NCBI GenBank assembly: GCA_036172245.1
Contig: JAYWIR010000015.1
Coordinates: 496,001 to 560,000, forward strand
DNA: 64,000 nucleotides
Source: Raillietiella orientalis
Lineage: Eukaryota
Direction: 5' to 3'
The notes beneath the pieces were generated by a model. The model searched no databases. It had not been told where the DNA came from and worked only from the letters and a program-made list of their open reading frames with translations. The translations under genes were made by a program, and so were the position numbers. Each line of letters opens with the position of its first letter. Position 1 is the first letter of the stretch. Shown piece after piece: positions 40,252 through 50,335 of the stretch.

Positions 40252-40792
40252 ACGCGTTCTCTCTCGTCGTCTCCGTGCAAGTCTCGCGGAGGAGGAGGAA
40301 GCAGACGGCAGCGGCAGAGTTGCTTCCCCGCCCCCCTCCAGTGCTCTCGGCCTTCTTCGCGACTTCGCTCGCCCTCTCCTCCTCTTCTTCCCCCGTTCTT
40401 CGGCTCTCACACGCCACGCTCACGCATTCTTTCTTTATCTCCAGTAGTTGCTGTTCTTCCCTCCTCCTCCTCCTCCTCCTCCGCTTCCGTCTGCCGTCTT
40501 CCTGCGCCGCCGCCGCCTCCTTCGCGTTTCTTCGGCCCGCGCGCGGAGGTGAAAGCGGTCGTTCGGCAAGGCACGCGGGGAAGCCGCGCGCGAGCGAGCG
40601 CTTCGAGCGGCAGCAGCGACGACACCAACGCCACGGTTCCTCTTCCTCCCCCCTCCTTTTTTTCTCCGCTTCCTCTCCCGCTGACGACGCGCCTAAGTAG
40701 GGCTGAGCCCCCATCGCGGCCTTCCTTCCGTTGCCGGGCATCCTCCGTCGGTCTGGTTCCACGGAAGATGCCGCCCTCCCCGGAACGCGCGG

Positions 40793-41148
40793 CCATCTGC
40801 CGTGCGGTCCGAGAACTCGGAGCCGGGGATCCCGCGTGCAATCGAAGCGCCTGCGAACGGCACCTCAACTTCTTCCTTCCCAACCACCTCCGCTGTCCGG
40901 GGGCAGGAGGAGGAATGGAACTCGTGGCTGCGGCGGTTGCCACGCGACCAACGCCGGCTTGTGTCCTCCGAGCCGACTACTGGCCCGCGTTCCTCGGCAG
41001 CGGCTCCCGATCGCGTCCTGAGAAACGCAAAAACCCATCAGCCCGTACGGGGCGTGCCGTCCACCTTCGAGGGTGCACGGCGCGCCAGAGAGCTGACGCC
41101 GCCATCTTCCGGCGGATTCTCACTCGCTGCCGGCATCGTCTGTCAGCG

Positions 41149-41180
<32 letters not shown>

Positions 41181-41985
41181 GCCGCCGCCGCCGCCGCGCG
41201 CTTTGCGGACCAGCCAGCCGTGGAGACCTCTCTTTCGCACCGGTTCCGCGAAGGCGAGCGACCACGACGGCAGCGGCAGCGGATGCGCGGGCGACCCCGC
41301 CCGCGGCGAAGGCGCGCGTTGCACCAACAAGGAGGAGGAGGAGGAGGAGGAGGAGGAGGCTGGTGATGGTGGTGGTCGTGACCGCCCCGACTCCCCCCTC
41401 CTCCTCGCGGGCGGTCCCCGCCGCCGGCGGCGTCTTCCTGCGGCCGCTCCGCCCCGCTTCGCGCATCTGCTGCCATCTGACGCCGAAGATCCCCGCCGCG
41501 AGATAAGCAGAGCAGCGGGTCCGCCCGCGCGGGCGTTTCCGCGGATTTCCAAGCGCGGAGACGCTGCCGCCGGAAGTTCGGGCTCGAATGCTCCCTCCCT
41601 CCGTCCCCCTCCCCCTCCAGCGGGAAAGCCGATTCTTCTTGCGACCGCGTCTTCCCCTTTCTCTCCTCGGGCTGGAGCGCCGCGCGCGCGCCGGAGGAAC
41701 CGTTCTTCGGGAGCGAGGGAGGGAGGGAGGGAGGTAGAAAGGAGCAGCAGGACGAGGGCGAGCCGCTGCTGCTGCGGCGGCGCTCGCACTCCCATCTGCC
41801 GTGCAGTCAGAGAACTCAGCGTGGGGGACCCCGAGCGCGATCGAAGCGCCTACAAGAGGCGCAGCAGCACTCCCTCTCCTTTCTTCCTCTTCTAGCCACC
41901 TCCGATGTCCAGGGAGGAGGAGGAAGGGGACTCTCGGATGCGGCGGTTGCCACGCGATCGACGCCGGCTCGTGTCTTCCGCAGCC
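40793..41985 (+). repeat. Diverged direct repeat pair (40793-40974 and 41792-41985)
   Basis: Shared blocks in the same order: CCATCTGCCGTGC, GAGAACTC, ATCGAAGCGCCT, CCACCTCCG, TGCGGCGGTTGCCACGCGA, ACGCCGGCT, GTGTC. Start offset is 999 bp. Confidence 0.9.
41150..41358. repeat. Compound (CTG)n(CCG)n repeat (41150-41196) and (GAG)n repeat (41331-41358)
   Basis: Seen directly; both lie between the two direct-repeat copies. Confidence 0.9.
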
Positions 41986-44900
41986 CCCACTCGGCAGGCG
42001 CGAAGAAATCAGGGAAGGGAAGGAGGGGGTGGAAAGCCTCCCAGGAGGAACTACTGGGAGGCGGAAGAGCGGGCGAGGGGAGGAGCTCTGCCTGAGCCAC
42101 GCACCGCGCTTGATCGATAGAGGCGCCGACCGCCCTCATGACGACCGGCACGAAGGAGGAGGAAGGTAGCGCGCGCGCGTGCGGTCCTCCGTAAAGCAAG
42201 CGCGTGCGTGCGTGCTGCGCAGCCCCTTCTCTCGCTCCTTCGGGGTGCGTACCCAGCTGGAAGCTCCTGCTTCTGCATCTTTTCCTCATCCCCTTCCCGC
42301 TCCAGCGCTCCTCTTCTTTCGCTCCCGTGAGGGCGGTGGCCGACGGGAACAATGCGGTAGGGAGTGGAAGAGCAGCCTCCCGCTGGTCGCCCTCTCTCCC
42401 TCCCCGCGATCCCCCCCCAGGAGAAAATCAGCCGCGTCCGTGGGCGACGAAGAAGAGGAAGCGGGAAACGGCTGCACGCACTCACGCCGGTTCTTCAGAA
42501 GCCCTCCGGGAACGGAACCGGTGACCTCCAAAGAAGCTCTGCGGCTCCCATTCTCTCTCTTCGGGGGGAGCGCGCGGCGACCGCGGAGCGAGGCGAGGGG
42601 AGGCAAGAGTGAGGGACGGGTCCCGCGGCACCGAGGAGGAGCACGCTGGAATTCCCCTTCGCGCCAAAAACCCTGAAGCCGCGACCCCATTCAAACTTCC
42701 CCCGGGGGGGAGGGAGACCGTTCCTCACGGGGCGCGGCTGTCCGACAGACGTTTCGGGCGGGCATTCCTCGGCGCTCCGCTGTTGCATGTCCCGGCCGCC
42801 CTTTCGTTTTTCCGGGCGCGGGCGGAGGTGGCGAGGAGGAGGAGGAGGGGGGGGAGGAGGAAAGGGCGTGTGTGGAAGCTGCGCGTACGGGAGCAACACA
42901 AAGAGAAAAAAAAAGGAGCGAGAGGAAGGAGGTCCTTGGACCTCGACTGGCCGCTACTGCACGAAGGGAGACGGCAGCCCTCTTCTCTTCTTCCCCGTGC
43001 TGCTACTGCTGCCCGGGGTCGCACGCAAGGCGGGGTTCCGGGAAGGGAGGGCGCAGGCGCGTTACCTCGAGCATTCTCTCGAGCGGCCAGTCTCCCGAGA
43101 GTCGCAGCGCCACCGCTGCATCCTCGCTCAGTTTCGTCAGGAAGTAGTCGGATGCTGGGCAGCGCACCCCCTCGTCTCATCTCGTGCGGAACGGCTCCGT
43201 CGCCGGACAAAGGGAGAGGAGGGATGCCCGCAGGGGAGCGGAGGAAGGGGAACAAGAAGAAAAGCACAAAGGCAGGCGGAGGACGTGTGGACTCGAGGCG
43301 CTGCTCTCCAGAAGGCCCCAGCTGCAGCGGATTCCTCGCGTTCCCAAGATGCATCCGAGGATGCGCGCAGCTTCGCCTCCGCGCTGGGACGACTGACCTT
43401 CACCGCTTCCTCCGCTCCGGTGGAAGGAGGAGGAGGAGCGCGAACGGTTCCTCAGAGCAGCAGCGGCAGCACCAACAGCACCAGCAGCTTCCATGAGCCT
43501 TGGAGGAGGAGGGGAAGCGCAAGCGTCCACTTCCTCTTCCACGAGGAAGATCGTACGTTCCCTTAGCGCACGGGTTCCCGTGGCAACCGGAAGAAAGGGG
43601 GGGGGATGGAAACCCGCCTCCATTGCCCTTCTCTCCTCTTCTGCTCCCCCCATCTCCTCACATCTGCCCCGACCGCACTCGAGCTGTCAGGAGAGCTGCA
43701 GCTGCTCCAAGCATCCTATTCTTCTTCCAGGCCGTCCTCCCCGTCGCATCTCTCCTGCGAGGACATTCCTTGCGTCCTCAGGAGAGGAGAAACAAAGAGA
43801 GAGGGAGAGGGGAAGAGAAAGAAAAAGGGAGATTTTTGCCGCAGCTGGGCGTCGGCGTCGGCGGCCGGACCTACTTGCCGGGCAGTTTCCCGCGAGGGAT
43901 CCACAGCCATCTCCGGCATGCCAGGAGCAGGTACCGGCAGGAAAAGGAAGCGGGAGTGACAAGAAAGGAAGAGCAGGACAGGGGAAGAGGAGAGAGGAAA
44001 GCGGGAGAAGGAAAAGGAGGAAGACTAGGGAAGTTGCTGAGGAGGTCCCCTAGGCAACTCCTTCTTTCCTCCTCTTCTTCCCCCCCCCCTCCTCCGCGCG
44101 CCATTTCGATTCTACCGAAAGCGCGATGAGGAAGACGCGCTTCGTCCTTGACGAGTTCCGGCAGCGCGCGCGCAGCAGTGCGCGCGCGCTGCCTCCGCTG
44201 GCTCGCGCGCGTTCGTCCTCCTCTTCCTTCTCGACTGCTCCTTTCGGACGCCTTCGAACCGTGCTCGGATACGCCTGGTAGCGGCAGCAGTGGCACTCGG
44301 GATCAGGCAAGCCATCCCGAACGCCGGGGGTTGCCTGGCGACCCCTCCTCGGCGGCCGAGCAGCCTCCGTAACCGAGCGCGCATTCCAAGGTGACGTGAG
44401 ATTGACGCCGTGTGCGTCCCGGGCGAACAGCTCTTCTTTGCTCACGCCGCCGTGCGGGGATCCTGCCGGGAGAGGCTGCGCAAGCCGTCTTGCGCGGTCG
44501 GATGAGGGAAATGCCCACAGGGCTGACGCGAAGGAGGCACAGAGACGCCTCGGGTGGCGCGTGCCCCGCCCTCGTGCTCCCGCGCACGGCAGCGAGATGC
44601 GACCGCGAGGAGGTTGGCAGGGGGGGGGGGGGTAAGGGCGGAGAGGGAACGGCCTGCGGGTCAAGAGTGGTCGATACCCCTGCGGGGTGAGGGGGCCTTC
44701 CCTCAGGATGGTCGCGCGGATCCCCCTGGGTTCCGGGACGGCAATAGAGAGCCGATGGACGTTCCGTCTCCCGTTCTTTCTGAACGTAGATGCTTCTTCT
44801 AGGATGCGGTTGCTCGGGGAGTTGCCCCAGTCTCTGCCGGAGGCGACAGGGTTGCGGCGGCGGCGGCTGAGGAGCGCTGGGACATTCTGCTTCCTGTCGG

Positions 44901-47900
44901 AGGCGGTGGGAGGGACGCGCGCGCTCGCGGAGACGCGACGGTCGGGAAAGGCGTCGTTCGATGACCCCAGCCGGCAGTGATGCGTGGGGAGAGCCCCGGT
45001 CAAGAAGGGGCGCATGGGGAGGAAGGGAGCGGAGGAGCGGAACAGGAGAGGGGGACCCTCTCTCTTGCTCTACACGGGACCTCCCCTCCCCCCGGCCACC
45101 CCTCTTCCGTGGAGCTCCGGAGCTCGAAAGCCCCTCCGACCCTGGCCCCTTGCATGTGACAATCCAGCACAGGGTCCCTCAAGTTTCTCCCAGTATTCGG
45201 AGGAGGAGGATCACACCCCTTCCCCTCCCCTCCACGCAACCTTGGAAACGGTCCGCGATCGCTCTCCCCCTGTCCTTTCTTTGCTTTGGAGGGGGCGGAA
45301 ACTCTGCAGTGAGCAGCCGGTCTTCCAGGAGCTTTAAGGGGGAGGGAAGTGGGGCGGACTTAATGGGAATGAGAATGCCGGAGTGTTCCACGCCCCGTGG
45401 CTCCTGCTTGCATGCCGCATCCGTATTTCGGGGAGCCATCGACAAGGGAGAGAGACTTCTGACTTCCCGAGTGCATTCCTGCCACAGTCTGCCCTCTCCA
45501 CTCCTCCCTTCCTTCCTTAACCGGCGTGTCTCTTTATTCCCACCCAGCCTGACGAAACAAACGGGCGCAAGGAAGGGTCAGGGAGTGTGGGAAGGGAGAA
45601 ACTGGCAGTGGAAGATTCTCTCCCCCTCCACCCATCCGACCACTTCCCTCTGGCCTCCTGGAATGGAGGATCACGGGGGTGTCGATGCTCCCTCCCGATC
45701 GTGCTAGTCCGGGAGGCCCTTCAGAATAGAGAGGGAGAAGAATGACAAGGAAGGGAAGGGAAGAGGGGGGAGGGGGAAGGAAAAGGAAGAAGGAAAGGAA
45801 GGAGGAGGAATGGGATACGAAGAAACGAGGATTACTTAGAGTCGTGCCGTGTTAGGAAGGTCACCGTGCGACCTCCGGAGGAGAAGGTAGCAGGAGTCTC
45901 GTCGCGCTTTCCCCTCTTCTCCCTTCCCACTGGATGGAAAGAGTGCAGGCGGGCGGCACCCTCCTGGCTCGATTCCAACAAAACTCCCGGAGGCAGCAAA
46001 GGATTTCGGGAAGACCCTCAACCCCTTCCCCCCCTTCCCATCCGCCTCTCATTCGCCGCCCGCGGTGGGGTTCTTATGGTGAAGCGCCCATCGTGCTACC
46101 TCCGCTGGAAGGCACCTTTCGACAGCGATCGGCCCTGCCTCTTCCTCAGAAAGTTCCGCTGCTGTTGCCGTGAGCGACCGGACGCCGGATGGTTCCCACT
46201 CGCATCCGGCCGTCAGCCGGAGAGAGCGGAGCGGAAGAGGGCGAATCGCCTCTGGCCGTTCCCAGGTGGAAGGGCGGAATCCAGGATCCCTCTCGGAAAA
46301 GAGAGAGCCGCTGCTTCCCCAAAAGGATGCGGGGAGGGAGTGGGTGAAAGGAGACGCGATCGTGGAATCCTCACCCACTCTGCAGCTCTTCCTCACTCCG
46401 CTCTCCCGTCTTTTCTACAGGAGGAACGAGGACATCCCTCGCTGAAGGGACATCGCCCTTTGGGGAGAGAAGAAAGCGGCTGACCGGAGAGGGGAGCTGT
46501 GGCAGCGGAGCAGAAGAAGGAGGAAGAGGAGGAGACGAGAGACGAGTTGACCCAGCGAGGAAGGAACCTGTGAGCAGCGCGCCGCAGCGTTATTCGCCGG
46601 GCGCCGACTCAAGCGCCTCCCGCGTCAGCAGCCGGCACTTCGAGTGCGCCGCAATGTTTCCGGGGGGCGTTCCCGGATGGCGGATCTCCCGAGAGGGGCG
46701 GGAAGGAATTGCGACCCTGGGCGCGACTGCGAACGGAGCGCGTCGTTGCTTGGAGACGGCAATGCACACTCCCCTTCCTTCCCTTGCCCTCTTCCTCCCT
46801 CCCCCTCCCTCCTTCCTTCTTCTTCCAACTCCTCCTGCTCCTCTCTTCTCCTCCTTCCGCTACTGGCAATCCACCGGAAAAGTCCGTCCGTGCGTTCGAG
46901 GTCCTCCGGCGTTCTCCCGGAAGGGGAGGCCACACGTGCCGCGGCCCCTGTTCCTCCTCTTTCTGTCTTCTAGATCTCCGGCTCAACGGCAGCAAAGGAG
47001 GAGGAGGGTAGGGGGGAGAGAACGAGGATCCCTCCGGGGGACAGCGCTCTGAGGACAGAGGCAAGAGGGCGAAAAGGGAGCGCCCCCCCCTTCCTCTGAC
47101 ATACGCCTGTCGGGGGGGGGGGGTCACGCGACCCCTCCTCCTCCGACAGGAGGACGAAGGAAGGAAAGAACGGGGAGGAAGGGTAGAACACGGCGAGCGA
47201 CATCCCGGGGGCGTGCTCCCAACAAGGTCATCCTAACCACGGCTCGTCCCTACGGCAGCTCTGTTGCCCCCTCCCTACTCGGAAGGTGAAACTCTGCTAC
47301 CCGATAGGTGAGGCACGTTGGTCAAAGAGGTAGAAGGTGCTTCTCCCCCCCTTCCCCAAGGCGTCAGCGACGAGCCACACTTCTCGCGAGAGCTCTGCCC
47401 GTATTTCACGGGGCAGCGGCCCTCCACCCGCATGGGGGCCGACCTACTCCGCTGCCGCCGCCGCCCCTGCAGTCTTTCCTCTGCTCTTCCCTCCTCCTCA
47501 TCTTCCTTTCCTCTCCTGACTTTTCTCGCCCGCAGCTGCCAGAGCTGACCCATCTTGGCGAACCCGTGGGATCACGGTTTGCCTCCTCCCTCCCCGCTCC
47601 CCGAGGCAGCGGACCACACCCCTCTGCGACCGCGCCATCGCGCCGAGAGAATGGGCAGCCCGGGGGACCGCTCTGCAACTCCGGATGGTGGCAGCCGACC
47701 GCAAATCCACGCAGGCCCGGTGACCCTCGTCTCCCGATTTTTCCTCCCTTGGTTTTGTTCCCTTCCTCCCCCCTCCGCTGCGTTTCCCTCCACCCCCACC
47801 CCTACTTCGACTGGGATGTGTTCCACCGCGTAGATTTTTTCCCCCATCACCGTCGTGGTCGTGGTCGTCTGCGTTTGGACCCGATCTCGTCCCTTCCTTC

Positions 47901-50288
47901 GCCGAGAACGCTGTGGCTGTCTCGAAGACTTTTCTTCCCCCCCCCCCCCACTCCTCTCCCCGGACCTCTCGAGTGCTTCCCGCTTTGGGGAGACCGCACG
48001 CGCACTTCATTTCCTCCTCCCCCCTCTTACCCCCCCTCCCCCACGAATCGCAGTTTCGAAACTCTCTGCCTTTCGCCCATTCGCATTCTGCGCGCGCTAG
48101 CGCACACCGCCGCTGCCTCCCCTCCCTGCCTCTCATCACTCCCTGGGAATTCTAGCCATGTTGAGATTACGCATCTTCCGCTCCATCGCGGATGCAGCGG
48201 AGTCCGAATTCTTCCCCTCAGTTCCCCCCCTCCCTTCTCTTTCCAGAGTCTTTCCGGACCTCGCCTCTCGCTCGTTCGGCGAGTGCGTCACCTCACGCAT
48301 GAACGTCCCACGGATGTCATCTGACCCTGACGCCGCGCACCTCGACGGTTGGTGCCGCACGTGACCAGAAAGTAACCTGATGGCGGCCGTTCCTCGGACT
48401 CCCTTTATCCTGGCGTTCTCCGTCGGCAGAAGGCACTTTGTGCTTCCGTGCTGCGCCCGATTCCGGTTTTTTGTTGTTTTGTTACTACTGCTGCTGCTGC
48501 GACTCCTCTTATCCTCGGCCCCACCCTCGCCCCAAGGCTCTTGGCCTGCGTTCCTCTCCTTCCCCGAAACGAAGCCCCTCTCTTGTCGTTCCGTCCTTCA
48601 CGTAGCAGCGGCAGCAGCGTCGATGCTATCAAGTGACAGACTGAATGGCAACGGACCCCTTTCCTCCTCCTCCTCTCTTCCTTCTTCCTTCTTTTTGTCC
48701 TCTTCTTCTTTTCCTCCCTTCCCCCTCCTCCTCCTTCCTCCCTTTTCACTCCTTCACTTCATTGCCTTTTTCTTTCTTTCTTCTTTTCGTATCACCTTCT
48801 TGGCTTCTCTGACATCTTCTCTCTCATTGTGAGCGATACCTCCATCCACCCCTTCAGAGGTCACTGCCGAAGAGCCCGTGCTGCTGCAGCTCCCTTCGCC
48901 TTGCTCCTTTCTCGCCTTCGCTCGCTCCCGCCGCTGTTCCATCCGGGCGGCGTCGCTCCAAGGGCGAAAAGCCGGCCGTAGGGAGGGGCGGACGGATGGG
49001 AGGGGAAGGGGGAGGCGGGGAGAAGGCAAAAGGGGGGGCAGGGTGAGAGGAAAGCAGGATGAAGGGAGCGCGGCAGGGGGAAGAAGAAGCGGAGGCAAGC
49101 TGACGACGACATGAGAGCCAGCGACGGGGAGGGCCGCGTCGCCTGTCGGATTACCGGAGCGCCGCTGCGGCCTGCCCCGAGATCGTGACGGCGGCCCCGA
49201 ACTTCCCGCGGTTGCGCGCGGGTGATTTGTGGTCCGCAGCCGCTCGCGCCCGAGGACTGCAGAAACTCAGAAGGAATTCGCGAGTCTCTTCCACAGGGCG
49301 CGCGCGCGCGCCGAGCGCTCGCAGCGGGGAACTGACGAGGCTGCTGCGCAGCCTGAACCAAGAGAGGATCTCTCCCTTTGCTCCTCGAACTCGAGCCCGG
49401 AAGCATCTACATCCGTTCCTCACACCTTCCCTCCACCTCCTCTTCCTCCTCCTCCCGTTCCCTCTCTTCCTGGTACCGTTCTTCCCTCCCCCTCGTTGCT
49501 ACGCCGGCTTGCTCGAGACGATCCCTCCGCGATCATGCCGGCCAGAGATTTTTCGGGGTTCTCTGCTGACCCCACCTGCCTTCCGGATAGGTCATGCCGC
49601 TTCCCTCGGTGGCGTCTCCCTCGCAGTGCTCCCTCAAGTGCCTTTTCCCCCTTCCTCCCGCGCACCTTACCCGTTCCCAGTCCCAACCCTCTCTCGTCGG
49701 AAAACTTTCGAGTGACCATCAGCCACTGCTCTGCTCCCGAAGCCTTCCTGGCAGCGAGGGCAACCCACCTCCGCCTTCCCCCTTGCGGAGCGAGACCTCT
49801 GAGAATGGTGATCTCCCGTCCTTCCCCCGGCACGCCGATTGCCGGCAGCCGCCCGATCCCCTCCTTGCTGCAGGGAACTTCCGGGAGGCGCATCCGCCCC
49901 CACCGCTTCCTCGGAACTGTTGGTCTTTGCGAGCCTCGCCCGGGACTGCAAACACCACCTCTTCGGCGAAGAGGAGGAGCGGTGTTGACTCTCCGGGGCC
50001 TCCGCTGTGGCGCTCCCGCCCCCTTCCTCGAGCGGAAGGACATTCACGCTCGCGGCTGGGAGGACGTCCCTCCCCCCTTCCGGACCACCACCGCCACCGC
50101 CCTTTCCTCCGGAGCACGCGCCGTCTCTGCCGGTGGCTCCTCCCCCTCTGATGCCCCCCCCCCTCAAAACCTCGCGCTTTACTCCTCGAGCGAGGACTCG
50201 ACGATTTCGCAACCTCTGCGGCAGCTCTTCTCCTCTCTCGGGAGCGCCTGCCATCTTCGACGTCACCGGCACGGGCCATCCGAAGAGG

Positions 50289-50303
50289 GCGCGCGCGCGC
50301 GCG

Positions 50304-50334
<31 letters not shown>

Positions 50335-50335
50335 A
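50289..50335. repeat. (GC)n tract fused to a (GA)n tract
   Basis: GCGCGCGCGCGCGC-GT-GAGAGAGAGAGAGAGAG... seen directly. Confidence 0.9.

Noticed and set aside
40567..40585. miR-124-like sequence CAAGGCACGCGGGGAAGCC
   Set aside because: Differs from the highly conserved mature miR-124 (TAAGGCACGCGGTGAATGCC) at three positions including an indel. Any hairpin here is unremarkable in GC-rich DNA.
39904..41895. 663-aa ORF, and other long ORFs at 33-52 kb such as 49229-51022
   Set aside because: Non-ATG starts, low-complexity R/G/P/S/A translations, overlapping long ORFs in several frames on both strands and no domains. Long ORFs are expected from stop-codon scarcity at this GC content.
49332..49360. 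Hammerhead-like CTGACGA-GGCTGC/GCAGCC stem
   Set aside because: Followed by TGAAC rather than GAAA, and no stems I/III with an NUH cleavage site.
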